From the NCBI GenBank assembly GCA_026025795.1, contig JAPEUG010000060.1, forward strand, positions 1-63,067: a stretch of 63,067 nt of DNA. Direction: 5' to 3'. Of the stretch, positions 24,645 through 41,609 are shown piece after piece; the stretch's first letter is position 1; every line of letters begins with the position of its first letter. The notes under the pieces were generated by a model, which saw only the letters and a list, made by a program, of their open reading frames with translations, was not told the DNA's origin and made no database searches. Source of the DNA: Thelocarpon superellum. Its lineage: Eukaryota. The translations under genes and the position numbers were made by a program.

Positions 24645-25671
24645 CTAGAAGATCCCCAGGCCACCCACAAACCAACTGAATGAAAGGATCGTCACGGCAC
24701 ACATGCCCAAGGCGAACTTCAGCACGTTGCGGTCCATGTTCGACAGCGCTCCGTTGCATACGGCGCACTGGAAGTCGTCGAGATCGGCGTACGGACTGGG
24801 AGCGTACAACCCAAACACGTATTGGTTGTAGGTGCCGAGGTAGCCGGCCTGCGCGGTGGCGGAGACGTCCTTGGCCGCGTCGTGAATCACCAGCGTGTAA
24901 TGCTCCCTGCGAAGATATTAGCGCGACATGCGTCGAGGAGGGCATGAGCTACCCACGTCAACAGCTGCACCGCCGTCTCCGTCTGTTGGTAGGAGTTCGT
25001 ATCCCAAGTGATGTTTCCAGACGGGCTGACGGTCTGGTTCGCAGCGATGGTGTAATAGTGCTGATTGGCCTGGCAGCTGGCCAAGACATCGATCGCACTG
25101 GGGGTGACGCTTAGGCTGGTGTAATTCCAGGCGAACGTCACGTTCGTCCCGATCCGATAGTATTGACTGCCCGAGATGACGGCGGGCGTGATGAGCGAAA
25201 CGCCACCGGCGGGGAGTCGGGGATCGATGATCGTGGTGGAAGCTGACGAGCCAGTCTTGGACGCCGCCTTGGAGCCTGACCCCGATCCTGATCCCGACGT
25301 GCCCTGTGAAGATCCACTACCACTTCCGCCGGTCGAGCTGGGCGAGGAACCTGTGCTGGAGGCGTCTGGCTTCGCAGTAATGGTGCCAGACGATGGGGGC
25401 GCCCCGGATGTTGACGGGGCAGGGCCTTCAGAAGCAGAGGCAGACGCGGGAGGAGCTGACGCCGACTTGGAGTCGGTAGGAGCAGGCGACGATAACCCTG
25501 GAACAAACCATCAGTTTCAAGACACTGCAACGTAGAGCCGGCCGTTATACCACTGCTGCTCTGTTGTCGTCGGAGGATGACCGCGCCTAAGGATGGCCAT
25601 GGCCATGCCGTCGAGAAGGAGACCAACAGAAATAGGATGGCCCAACGATACGACGGCCGGAAGGTATGCAT
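24645..25671 (-). CDS. Conserved fungal secreted/membrane protein with Ser/Thr/Gly-rich stalk and C-terminal TM helix
   Basis: Signal peptide plus ILRR (possible Kex2 site). S/T/G-rich linker, then IDPRLPAGGVSLITP..VTFAWNYTSL..AIDVLASC..FQCAVCNGALS and a terminal hydrophobic helix. Two introns. Confidence 0.8.
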
Positions 25672-26357
25672 GGTGGTACTGCTGAGCCTGGCAGTCGCAG
25701 TCGTTGTTCGATGAACGACTTGTGGGGACACTCCCGCTCAGGACGAGGAGCGCGGGGTGGGCAGGGATCACCAGAGGTCGGGACGACCGCGACGAGAATC
25801 TCTCGCAAGGACGTCGGCGAGTCGCTTGACACGGGAGAAGAGGGAGAAACGAGGGAGGGACTCGGGCCGAAACGAAGGACGGACCCAAGAGTCGAAAGGG
25901 CGGCCGGACACGAGGCGTGACCAGAGAGAATTCAGGTGGAACGGTGGAATGGGTTGAAGTGACATGGTAACTGCGGAAAATGGGAGGTCTTTCTTATCCG
26001 GGCACCTACTGTCGCCCCGTCGCCCCGTCGCCCCGTAGCCTGCCTACCGACAACGAGTACGCCTCGTTCCCGGAGACTGCGGGAAGGGGATTGCTCGAAA
26101 TACTCCAAAGGGCATAGCGGCCGAACACGGATTGCACGGAATGGCTATTCCTGGCGCAACTACTAGTTAACGCAGCTAACGACGGTACGCGAAAATATCC
26201 GAGGGCTCAGGGTGAGCTGAGCGTCGCCATAGTCACGTGATGTTGCATCCTAGCAGAGCGCGTGATTGATCGTTCGACGATGTTCCCTTTTACCCTCTTC
26301 CCCTAATGTCTCCACGTAGCCACCTCTCATCATGCCGCATGGACATGGTCCCAAAGC

Positions 26358-29300
26358 TCAGGCAGCTGGCTTTATTTTGTACTCTTTCCTCAACACCCAT
26401 CGCCCCCGCAATCGCCCCGCTTTCTCGAGCACGGCGAGTTTCCGGAGCATCTCCTTGAATAACGCTTGTTGGTCCTGGGATCGACACATGCGGGTAAAGT
26501 GGTCCACCAGCATCTGGCTGCGAGCTTGGCCTCCGTGCTGGAGGAGGAAGTCACGGATGAGCTTCATCAACTCCTTGGGGCTGAGCTCTTCATCCGCATG
26601 ACCGTTGGTCCGGCTGCTCCGGCTGCTCCGGTCGCCGACCCCGCGGCGATTTTGAAGCCCGGCGAGGATGCTCGCGGAAGATGGGCCGCCGCGTCCGACG
26701 CCCCGCCCGGTACCCAAGGCTTCAGGCCGGCCTGTCACGCCGTATTGCCCCGTCCACGTCGGCGTGCCCACAGGCACGTGACGCGCCGCTTCTTGCGCCT
26801 TGAGTAGCTCCTTGGCCGCTTGGTCCGCCACCCGCTGGGCCTCTCGCTTGACCATGACCGGGTCAGCCTGCACGCCCTTCTTGCCGCGTCCGTTGACTAT
26901 CTCGTCGTGGGCCAGCGCGCTGTGCACCCCAGATCCGGCCAGGATGCCTTCCATGAGACGAGCGTCATTCGTCGAGGCGCCGGTCCCATTCGCTTCGTCC
27001 GGGTTCACGTAGTCTTCCATGCCCGCCACGCCCACCATCGCGCGTACCCGCAAGGCGTCGTCCGGCGTAGCCGCGTCCAACTGTGTTTCGGTGCCGTGGA
27101 ACATCGATCCCGTCTCCGTCCCACCCATTGCCTCGTTCCCAAACGAAAAGAGATCCTGTAGATCCTTCATCGGCACCGTCTGGCGTTGCTGTGGGTCTTT
27201 GAGGATCTTGTTGGCGAGAAATTGTTTGAATAGCTGGCGATGGTAGATCTTCTCCTCGATCGTGCCGGCCGACATGAGTCGATAGATAGTGACCTCGCGC
27301 TTCTGCCCCAGTCGCCACGCCCGCTCCCGGGCTTGCGTGTCCGTGGACGGATTCCAATCAGGGTCAAAGATAATGACCCGGTCCGCCCCCGTGAGGTTGA
27401 CCCCGAGACCACCCACCTTGGTCGTGAGCAAGAACACATGCAGGTCCGGCGACTGATTGAACTCATCCACCAGCGCCTGTCGGTGTTCGATGGGCGTGTC
27501 GCCGTCCATGCGTCGATACTGGTATCCCCCGAGCTGACGAATAAAGGCCTCGAGGATGTCGAGGACGATCTTTTGCTGGGCGAAGAGGAGTGTCTTGTGT
27601 CCGCCCTGCTTCCAGACGTCGAGCAAGGCCTTGACGACCTGCATCTTGCCTGATTTAGCCGGATCGCCGTAGCGGTAGCCGCCTTTCTTCTTGAGCACCT
27701 CCCGATCCACGAGATCCGGATGGTTGCAAATCTTGCGCAGCTTCTCGATGCCGGCAAACGATCGCATCTTGCCGTCCATGATAGCCTTGACGTCTCCCGA
27801 CGTAAGATAGCGCTCGTAGGCCTGCCGCTGTGGCTTGGTCAAGCGACAGAACAGCACCTGCTCGCTCTTTGTCGGCAAATCGGCGGCGACGTCAGCCTTC
27901 AGGCGCTGTAGCAGGAAGGGGCTGATGGCGTCCTTCAATCGTGCCGCGCACTCGACCGCTGTCTGGACCTCCAGATTCGAGGCGTTGGCGTACCCGCCGA
28001 GACGGATGGGGATCTCGAACTGATGGCGGAAGCTGAGCAGAGTGCCGAGGCGCATCGGGAAGACGAAGTCAAAGAGCGACCATAATTCCGTGAGGTTATT
28101 CTGCATCGGCGTCCCCGACAAGATGAGCCGATTCGCCGTGCGAAGCTCCTTGCAGTGAATGGTGATGGCCGTGTTCGGGTTCCGGATCTTGTGCCCCTCG
28201 TCCAGCACCGCATACTCCCAGTCGATGGGGATCAGCCGGTCGGCGTACGTCTGCAGGCCGGCGTACGTGGTGACCAAGACATGTCCCTGCTCCACCACCG
28301 TCTTCACGATGCGGCTAGCACTATCCTTCGCCTGCCGTCCTAGCGTGGGCCGCGGACGAGACCCCGATGCGGCTTCGATGTCGCGCTCCATCCGGTCCTC
28401 GCCTCGCACGTTGAGCATCCCGCTGCCGGAGGTGTGGAGGATGGACACCCGCAGCGGCGGCCACCACCGATGGAACTCGTTCACCCACTGTTTCATCACC
28501 GTGGCGGGGGTGACGATGATGATGGGCTTGGTCAGTTTCCGGCTATAATGAAGCCCAGCCAGGAAGGAGATGACCTGGATGGTCTTGCCCAAGCCCATCT
28601 CGTCACCGATGATGCCGCCAGCTTGTTGGGTGTAGAGCTCCCACAGCCACTGCGTGCCCGTCTTTTGGTATTCGAAGAGCGAGGGGAAGATGTCGCCCGG
28701 GATACGAAACCCGTCCTTGATGTCTGCATCGGATTCGGTGGGGTGGGGCAAATGCCATTCCTCGTCTGCGACTTCCTGACCCGCCGTCGCACCGTCCTCA
28801 CGCACCGGTGCTTGAGGGTCGGACGCGTCTTTATTCAGCGCGGCAGCTAAGGCGCGCGCGGCGCTGCGACGCTTCACCCACTTTCGCAGGCGTGCCTGAT
28901 ACAAACGCTCGTTTCCATCGTCGAGCCCACTCAGATCTTCTTTTCCCGAGATTGTAACTTGATCCTGGCGCTGTTTCGAGAGCTTGCGGGATTTAGCTTT
29001 TCGGTCACGCCCGTCGCTGACCGCCTCATCTTCCCCGTCGGTGGAGGTGAGCGCCTCGGAGGCGTTGGGAGTGAAGAAATCCGCCGAATCGTCGGGTAGC
29101 ACACGCCTACGGCTGTTCGTGTCTACCGATTCGTCTGTCGTATCGGGGGTGTCGTGGTTTTCATACGCCCGAGACCCCTGCTGCAGTCGCCGTCGCTTGG
29201 TTGGCCGCTCCGCGGACGCCGAAGTGACTTCGTTGGCGAGGTCTGGTACATCAGAGAAACCCGGCCGACGAAGGTTGCGATGGGATAGCAGCTCGATCGA

Positions 29301-30057
29301 CTGGTCTGTCCCGACTTCAATGGCGACAGTGTGTTCGTCGACCTCATCCCCTTCTTCGGCCTCAATGAGGGCCTCCTGCAGAGTCGAGGGCGTAGTGTCG
29401 AAGCCTGGTTCGAGCTGGGCAAATGGAGTGATCTTGCCGGTGCGAATCAGGAATTCCCGTCGAGTTTCACGTAGTTGTTGTTGATTGGCCTGCGGCTGGA
29501 TCACTTCTGGCGCATCGTCCCCCTGGTTAACGTGGCGTTGGTTCATGCGATGCTGGATCTGGCGCAAATCTCCTTCCAGGCCAGCGACGGATTGATGGAC
29601 TTGATCCAGTTCGGCCTGGGCACGTGTCGTTGCTGCGCGACCCGAGGCCTGCGAGAGACGTTGTTGGAGATTGCTCTCATCGGCACGGAGCTTTCCTAGT
29701 TGCTTGTTCACACGATCCATGCGACGATGGTCGTTCTTCTCCGCCTGCTCCGCGAGCATTTTATCCGCCTGCAGTCGGACTGGGGTCAGCAACGGCAGAC
29801 TGTACATGAGGTGAGCCCACACCAGCACTGACCTGTATCGCCACATGGCGCTCAATCTCTTCTTGGTCGCGAACATTCTCAGTCAAGCCCTTGAGGATGC
29901 TGGCTTCATCGATGAACGGAGCCTCCGCATCAAGCGGAGCGTGGACATCCATGTCTTGCTCGAGCCCCAAGCCGTTCGCGTCAGGCTTCTCTTGCGTCTC
30001 ATGCGTTACGGCGTCTGACCCGGCGTCCGACCCGTCGTCCGACCCGGCGTCCGACAT
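26358..30057 (-). CDS. RAD26: Transcription-coupled repair SNF2-family ATPase Rad26/Rhp26 (CSB/ERCC6)
   Basis: LIRTGKITPF, GGIIGDEMGLGKT, VLDEGHKIRN, RMDGDT, LLTTKVGGLGVNLTGADRV, QARERAWRLGQ, C-terminal winged-helix-like segment. One intron near 29770-29832. Confidence 0.96.
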
Positions 30058-32251
30058 AGCGTCGTTTGACTTAGCACGCGTTCTCTCCGAAGATGATTGA
30101 TCTGACGAAAGAGGGCAAAGTATGAGCTGCGACAAAGGTGCGAGGCTGCTTGCCCTAAAGTGCAAAAGCCGCGTTGAGCTTCGAGGCTTCTTAGGCCAAG
30201 ATGTACTTGGATCAGATCAGTTGGATAACTTCGCTCGTTGGTGGGGGTACTGTCTGTCTGAACAGGTGAGCTCAGAAGCTTTCGCAGGCTCAGCGAATGG
30301 TGGCCGGATCTTGAATGCAATAAACAAGAGAACTAAGGAAGTCATTGTCTCGAGATCGGCAAGGGTCAAAGGGTACTTCCTGCCCCTTCACTGACATGGT
30401 CGTCTTGATGATATGAGGCTATTGGTGTGGTACCCAGGCACGTTCACAGCACGAACGACGAGTATTGGCGCTCGCTTCGCGTAATTTCTACAGGCGACGC
30501 GACTCGATGAATGATGACGGCATCCGCATAGACGAAGCTCTCCAGCTACCGCGGTCGCTCACCGTCACGAGACTTTGAAATGCAGGACTCCTCCAAGCTC
30601 AATAATACAGGAGCAAACCATGCCCAGAACCTTCCCTCATACAACCGTCGCTCTTCACAAGCAAAGTCCACGGAGCGCAGCAAAGCAAATGTTGGGAGCA
30701 AACAAAATAATGTGCACACAACGATCAACACGCAAATTGAGCATTGGAGCACATGGATTGGATTACTTTGCTGAAATTGGGCATGGGTAGGAAAGTGCCA
30801 AAGGCGAGCCAGTTGACGACGCTCGCACCCGCAGCGAGCCCACCCAGCAAGAATAAAGTCAGCCGGATGCATCTACCGACCACCAGATCGGTGAAACGAA
30901 ATCGAATATGTTCGAGTACCCTTCATCTGACTTGGAACTTCTAGGTGTGTCAGAGTGCTCGTCACTGCTTGAGTTCATGCTGTTTCATCTGCGGCAATTG
31001 GCACAGGCACTCACACCACTACGCGGCGATGAGGACCGAGAGACCTCGACCGGGCGGACAAAGCATAGCAGGCCCCACGGATGAGCCCCATGGTCGAATT
31101 CGTAGCCTTGACAAGGTATTGTTCAGGGACCAGGTCTGTAATGGCATTGCTATCTGGTAAGGTGAGGCTACGAATGAAACCAGCGCACGTGAATCGAGTT
31201 CGAGGTGAGACAAATTTCGGTAACATAGCGTAATAATCCGGTCGCCAATTGAACGAGCTTACTGACTTGATCGCGACAGGGCCAAAGCAGCATTTATCGT
31301 CCGACCAAGGCTCAGGGTCTTCGCATGGTGCGTGCGTTGTCGCAACCTCCTGCCATGACGCATGTGTCAGTCCACGTCCTCGCTCTCAACTAGTTGAAGT
31401 AGGAAGGTGGACGGATGCCTGCGTGGGTGTGGTCGTCCTGTACCCAGATACCTTGGCTCTCGAAACGCCCATCAACAGACCATGCACATGGGGCGCATCG
31501 GGCAAATACCGCAAATATCCGGTTCTGCCCAGACGCTCTTTCAGGGAGCACTGGATAAGCGCGCTGGTGTATATGACTGTAAGCTATCGCCATAGTCTAC
31601 GGATGTCTATTCGTTGTCGCAGCCTGAAGAGCCTGGGACGGCGTCGGATCCCACTCTCTTATAGCGACCTGTATCAGCTCGAGCGCCTCTCATTCATGTT
31701 TCATAACACTCCCTGGCTGGAACATCATGCCGAGGCTCTCTTGGGCAAGGCTATTATCAGTGAGCATCTTGATGTGCCTCGTGACCATGATGCCGGCTCG
31801 TCAGCCTTTGACCCACGCCAAACGGGCTATTGTAGGTGCCACAAGTCTCCTACCACTCATCGTCAAGGTTATCCTTCTCGTGGTGGAAGACGTACAAAGG
31901 TCCCTGGCTGATTCCCCCTACCGTCATAGCCAATGAATTGCGAAAAGGGGGAGCTTCCCTCGACGATGAGCTTGGCCGAGCCCTTTACGGGGATCGAGTT
32001 CGAGACCTTGGAAGATTTTTGCGGGCCCGAAAATGTCGGATGCGAGTGTGTAACGGAGACAGAACCACCGCGGTGCTGGATCTCGGGCTTGGGGTGGTCG
32101 GGGCCGGGAACGTCCTCGACTGGCTCGTCAGACCCGCACTTACCCTCCCTCTCGGCCCATCATCCCACTCGGGGTGAGCCCATGCTGTTCCTCACCTATT
32201 CTTCTTTCTGTAGCACCGCGTGTGAATGTCCCCGACAGCAATTAGATGTCA

Positions 32252-32284
<33 letters not shown>
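32252..32284. repeat. (GAC)n trinucleotide microsatellite (poly-Asp in the + frame)
   Basis: About 10 consecutive GAC units. Confidence 0.9.
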
Positions 32285-32286
<2 letters not shown>

Positions 32287-33853
32287 ATGACAGATGGGGA
32301 GGAAAAGGAGGACAAGGAAGAGAAAGGTACCTGCACGATCGGTCGGCTGGACAGCTCCAGCTCGTGTTTGTCGGGGGTTGGTAAAGGATGGGGCCACGGG
32401 ACTTCTGGCAGTGCGAGGCATGACCGGAGCTCCAAAGAAGAAGAAAACAGCAATGAGGGTCATGGCAGAGGAGGCGAAAATGCGCAGTTCGACCGGGGAC
32501 ACTGTCCTGCGCAATCGTGCTCTACCCCTAGGGATTGCCACGGCATGAGCACCAGCTATGTTGGACGAATCACTCACTGCCAGTGCATCGCCGTTCAGCT
32601 TGCCGCTGCTGTGGCGATGCGGTGCGGGATGCGAAGACACATACCTCATGTCAAAAGGGACGAGCAAAGCATCCTGGGGGCTTGCGCTTGCAACAGCTCG
32701 TACGTCAGCCACCGATGTTGTCACGCCCAAGAAGGCCGGATACACGAGCCGCTGCACCTGAAGCTGGGCGAGCTACGACTGCAAGACGTCAGGGCGAACG
32801 ACCGAGATGTGGGGCATGGCCCTCACTGGACCGTGGTGGAGGCCCTCGCTCGACCGGCAGACGAGGGTACTGGGTACCAGGATGTCTCATAGTCAAGCAG
32901 AGTTACCCGCTGGATCGTTTCATCAACGTGATTCGCTAGTGCTATCGCTCATACCCGGTGGTACCACCCTAGCACATCCAAGGTCTTGTAATAATGTGCC
33001 TGCCTAGGACGACTGCCATGGTGCCTCATACGCGTAGGCGTACCGGCTGGCTTTGTAGCCCCCTCGTGCAAGAATCGAGGCTTATCATAATGCGAGAGGG
33101 ACAAGACAGGTCGACCTGTCATCGCTGCCGACGGTGAGGGGTGCTGGCCACACTAGGACGTAGTCGGGCACCCAGAGGCTTAACACTTTCTCGTACGGCA
33201 CCCGCGCTTCGCTGGCTGGTTTCATCCGCTACGGGGCAGCATTGAGAGCAACCAGCCCGGAGGCGGCCTGGTCAATAGTATCGGAGCACGTCGCTCCACA
33301 ATCCCACGTGTGCACGTCCCACCACTTCCGATCCGCCCCATTGACTGAACCACGGCTTTGCTGGCTGCTGTTGGTCACGGCGCTTCGCAGCCCATTCGTC
33401 ACAATCCGCCCATCCACCCCGACCACCACGTCCCCCAATCCACCGTCGCGCCGCGATACCCACCTGGCTTTCTGCCAGCCAAGCTGCCGACTTGGATCAT
33501 CCGCGCTCAACGATGAGCAAGTGATTGCGCGGCAACGAGGGTCTGTATTCACGCTCCCTGATCACGCCAGGCCGGGTTGATACCAGCTCCAGCGAAGGGT
33601 ACGGATACGGTCACCGGTACGGGTCGTTGGTGAGACCGGCAACGTCGTCGGACCCCCAGCTACGAGGCCATCGACACCACGCGTATGTCGTCAATCTAAT
33701 AGAGCGCAACTTCTCCACGCGCGACCGGACCGGTTGGCCCAGCTTCATTACCCCCTCCCACCCGTCGGTCAGATCGCTCGCCACGGACGGACGGTCTCTC
33801 GTCCAGTCCAGCTCGAGCCGCAGCTGCGCGTGAGGGCGCCCGGGAACGCCGTG

Positions 33854-37042
<3,189 letters not shown>

Positions 37043-37790
37043 GCGCGGTGCAGATACGGCTTTCGCTTGTGCGAACTTACCGCACTCCATGAGGGCGTGA
37101 CAGAACTCTCCCTGTCGAGAAAACTCGCGCGAGGCTGTGCGTCCTACCGTGGGCGCGCAAGACGAGATCGAGCGACTATCGAGGTTGGGCGGTCTGCCCC
37201 CGTCCCCCATCCATGTATGCTCGAATGGCGCTGCTTGACGGTCCGATGCCACTAGGGCATGGACCCCACCACGTCTCGGCACTCTGGCGTACTCACGCAC
37301 GACCCCATCAGCATCCCTTGGCCGTGTCTTTCTCCAGTCTTTTGTAGTTCTAGCTCCGACTGGATTTGGATGATACAAACCTGACGGATGACCTTAGCTT
37401 CCCGCCTGGCTCTCCGCTGACTCTCCCTGGTCGTCGATCGAGCCGTCTCCGGTCATCTGTAATGCTTGATTCAGGCTCATAGCAATCATACCATGACGAT
37501 GAGATTGTAGACCGGCGACGCGTGGCACGTGAGACGCATTTCCTAAAGTCGACTCATCGACGGGCGGCACGGCGGGCTAACCCTATCGCCTCCCGTAGAG
37601 GCCAAGATTTCGCGGGCGAACATTCGCCTCGCTACAGGTGACCAATGAGACCAGTTGACCACTCCCTTCACGTCAATTTTTGGTCGATATTGACACAAAC
37701 ACCGAGCCCCACGATCGCCGCGGCCGACTTTGGGACGGAGCCAGGTTCTGTCCGGCACCAACACCTGACCACGTACAAACGCCCCGCAAG

Positions 37791-40449
37791 ATGTCTCGGT
37801 TCTTTCACGGCGACAGCTCTAGCGAGAGCAGCTCCTCCGACGAGGAGGAACTCTACAGCGAAGGCGAGGGCGAGGCGGCGGAGGTGGCCTCCGACAACGA
37901 TTCCGACGAGAATGACTCTGACTCTGGCGATGACTCGAGCTCGGACGAGGACGGCAAGACCAAGTCTGGCGCCAACAAGTTCTTGAAGAGCGATGACGAG
38001 GAGAGCGAGGAGAGTAGCGATGAAGAGCGGACGACGTTGGTGAAAAGTGCCAAGGACAAACGTTTCGAGGAGCTCGAGGCCACGATCAAGTCTATCGAGA
38101 ACGCCGAGAAGATCAATGACTGGGCCCACATCTCGGCCGAGTTCGACAAACTCAATCGCCAAGTGGTCAAGCTGGTCCAGTCGGGCACGACGCCCAAGGT
38201 TTACGTCAAGGCGATTGCCGACTTGGAAGACTTCATGAACGAGACCATTGCCAAGCAGAAGGTGTCGACCAAAAAGATGAACGCCACCAACGCTCGCGGC
38301 CTGAACGCCGTCAAACAGCGCATCAAGAAGAACAACAAGGACTTCGCCAAGGACGTTGACCAATACCGCGAGGACAAGCTCGGGTTTATGGAGTCCGAGG
38401 ACGAGGAGGAGGTCGTACCGGTCGAGAAAGCGCGCAAACAACCCCGGACCGCCCTGGACGCCGACGATGCCGGTGTCGGCGACGAGGGCTTCTCCACTGT
38501 GGGTAAGGGCGGCAAGACCCTGCAGTACACGCCAGAGAGCATCTTCAAGAATCTCCGGATCATCGTCGAGTCCCGCGGACGCAAGAACACCGATCGCACC
38601 GAGCAGATCCGCGTCATGGAGCGGCTGTTCGAGGTTGCCATCACAACTTACCAGAAGATTCGCGTGCTGCTCGCCTTGATCTCGACCCGGTTTGATCTGA
38701 CGACCGGTGCGGCATCCTTCATGTCGCAGGAGCAGTGGAAGCTAGCCGAGCAAGAGTTCGGCACCCTCCTCGAGATCCTGCAGGCGAACCCCGACATCGT
38801 GGTGCTCGAGAATGCTGAGGAATGGGAGGATGACGAGAAGCCGCCGACGCCCGCGCCTGGCGAGAAGCTGCGCGTGCCCGGAAGCGTCGTTTCCTTTGTC
38901 GAGCGTCTAGACGATGAGTTGACGCGATCGCTCCAGCACATCGACCCCCACACAGCCGAGTACATTGAGCGACTGGCGGACGAAGGCGCCCTCTACACCA
39001 ACATCGTCCGCGGTCTACTCTACGTCGAGCATCTGGCCAAGGATTCCAAACTCGAGACGAGCCAGGAGAGCACGAACCGCATCGTCATGCGTCGTCTGGA
39101 GCACGTCTATTTCAAGGTAAATTCTACTCCGCCTCGGTCTATTGCCTCCCTCGCCGTCCATGCTTATCATTACATAGCCTGCTCAAGTGGTGACCATTCT
39201 GGAAGACAATACCTGGAAGGCCATCCCGCCGGCCCTTGTCTCTGAGGTGACGCCGCGCGACATCCACGACAGCGCAGTGCTCGTTCAGACTCTCTGCACC
39301 TATCTCTACCAGCACAGCGAAGGCATCATTCGGGCGCGGTCGATGCTCTGTCACATCTACTACCTCGCGCTCCACGACCAATACTATCAGGCGCGCGACA
39401 TGATGTTGATGTCGCATCTTCAGGAGACGATCAACAACTTCGACATCAACACGCAGATTCTTTTCAACCGGACCCTGGTGCAGGTGGGGCTATGTGCCTT
39501 CCGCGCTGGGCTCGTGTACGAGGCGCAGAACTCGCTGCAAGAGATCTGCGGCAGCGGGCGGCAGAAGGAGCTGTTGGCGCAGGGGGTCATGATCCAGCGG
39601 TACTCACAGGTGACGCCAGAGCAGGAGCGGCTGGAGCGACAACGGCAACTTCCCTTCCACATGCACATCAACCTCGAGCTCCTCGAGTGCGTGTACCTGA
39701 CATGCTCGATGTTACTGGAGATCCCACTGCTGGCGCAGACGGGCTCATCGCCCGACATCAAGAAGCGCGTCATCAGCAAGACGTATCGGCGCATGCTCGA
39801 GTATCACGAGCGCCAGATCTTCACCGGTCCACCCGAGAACACGCGTGACCACGTGATGCAGGCGTCGAAGGCGCTGGCGGCAGGTGAATGGAAGCGATCG
39901 GCGGACTTCATCCATTCCATCAAGATCTGGGAGCTCATGCCGCAGCCCGAGGCCATCAAGGCGATGCTCTCGGCGCAGATCCAGGAGGAAGGCCTCCGCA
40001 CCTATCTCTTCACCTACGCCCCCTTCTACGATACCCTCGCCGTCGACACGCTCGGGTCCATGTTTGAGCTGCCTGCACGCAAGGTGGCCGCCGTCGTCAG
40101 CAAGATGATCTCACACGAGGAGCTGGCCGCCGCGCTCGACCAAGTCAATAGCGCCATCATCTTCCGCAAGGGCGTGGAGCTGTCGCGCCTACAGAGCCTA
40201 GCCCTAACCATGAGCGACAAGGCAAGTGGGCTCATGGAATCTAACGAGCGCATCCTAGAGCAGCGTACCCAGGGCACAGCCAACGCCTTCGATCGAAACG
40301 CGCAAGGTGGTGGACGCGGGGGTCGCGGAGGACGCGGTCGGGGACGGGGCGAAGGTCGTGGTGGCGGTGGCGGAGCTGGCCGACGACCGGGAGGAGGCAA
40401 TCAGTTCACAGGTGGGGCCCTGGGTCAGTCGGGAGCCGTCCGGGCCTAG
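37791..40449 (+). CDS. NIP1: Translation initiation factor eIF3 subunit C
   Basis: MSRFF acidic N-terminus, [52 protein letters not shown] domain, RGG tail. One intron at ~39117-39177. Confidence 0.97.
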
Positions 40450-40542
40450 TTCGGCTTGGACGCTCCGTCTCTTCCCTCTCTCCCCGGCTCCCGCCCTCTT
40501 TCTGCTTGGTCGCACGTGTGAGGGATTCACCGCAGCATTGCT

Positions 40543-41298
40543 TCATCGATCATGAACGCGCATGTACATGGGTGACCAATATTCCGTCTCGGCCGCCTGC
40601 GAATCCACCCAGACGAGTGAGTCGGCCAACAGGTAATCTACCACCGTCTGTGCCCGCGCCCGCTCCCACTGTAGGTTGGCCTGTAGCAGCGATACCGTAA
40701 CGTAGCCTAACACCTGAAGCGCCTCTAACACGGTCGACTGGTCCGTATTCAGCTCCTTGGGTACCGACCGAATCATCTGCTGCGGACCCAGCGTGACGAG
40801 GGCGAAGTCAGACCCCAGCGGCTTCAGCGACTTCACGGCGCGCACGATGTCGTCTTCGCTGACCTCGACTCCGCCACCGATGCCCCGGCCCGCCGCAACT
40901 CGGTCGCGACATTCGCCCACGCTGAGCAGGCCGCCGTTGACCGCCCGCGTCGATCGACAGACTTCGACCACGCGGACGGCCAGCTCGAAATAGAAGTCGT
41001 TCACGCTACCGCCCAGCATCTGCGCCCAGAAATTACCCTCCTTCTTGCCACTGCTGCTGGCCAACGGATCCACGCCGATGGTATGACACATGCGCGCGAA
41101 CTCGGCGCGGAAGGTCGGATTGGACCGAATGTCTTTGGCATGGGTGATGGAGAACTCGTGGAGTAGCGACTGGAAGACCGATAGCTGCGTGCTGAGGGAC
41201 GAGAGCTGTTCCGTCCGCAGCGCGTTGCCGTGTGACGCATACTGTTGCGACGTGAGCTGCCGCCGATCAAAGGCTCCAAGCCCTACGCCCTTCCGCAT
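40543..41298 (-). CDS. SNF8: ESCRT-II subunit Snf8/Vps22 (EAP30)
   Basis: MRKGVGLGAF, FRAEFARMCHTIGVDPL, DFYFELAVRVVEVC, IRSVPKELNTDQ. Start placed at cacaATG (41298) rather than the upstream in-frame ATGs. Confidence 0.93.
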   Translation of the reverse strand: MRKGVGLGAFDRRQLTSQQYASHGNALRTEQLSSLSTQLSVFQSLLHEFSITHAKDIRSNPTFRAEFARMCHTIGVDPLASSSGKKEGNFWAQMLGGSVNDFYFELAVRVVEVCRSTRAVNGGLLSVGECRDRVAAGRGIGGGVEVSEDDIVRAVKSLKPLGSDFALVTLGPQQMIRSVPKELNTDQSTVLEALQVLGYVTVSLLQANLQWERARAQTVVDYLLADSLVWVDSQAAETEYWSPMYMRVHDR

Positions 41299-41609
41299 TG
41301 TGAGATCACGGACGACCGACGGAACATGAGGTGATTCCCATAAAGTGGTGTGGCTGATCTTGCCCCAGACCTCACGTCTCGCGCCCGACATCGCCATGCC
41401 CGGCGATGAACTCGCTACGGATACTTTAGCGACCTGGTGCGCATCTTACGTCACCTTAGGGTTTCTGCGCGTTCGACGAGTTTTGCAGTCCCACGGAAAG
41501 GAATGAGGAGCTAGAAATTCCGGTAGTTCTCAATTGTCCAGCGAAGAGTTGCTCTTCTCCACCCAACTGTGTCCGTCTACGCAGATCCCCATCACCCACC
41601 ATTACGACG

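Noticed and set aside
41299..41397. 33-aa N-terminal extension of Snf8 in the ORF track
   Set aside because: Homology starts at MRKGVG, which has a good cacaATG context. The extension lies in the divergent promoter shared with RPL7.
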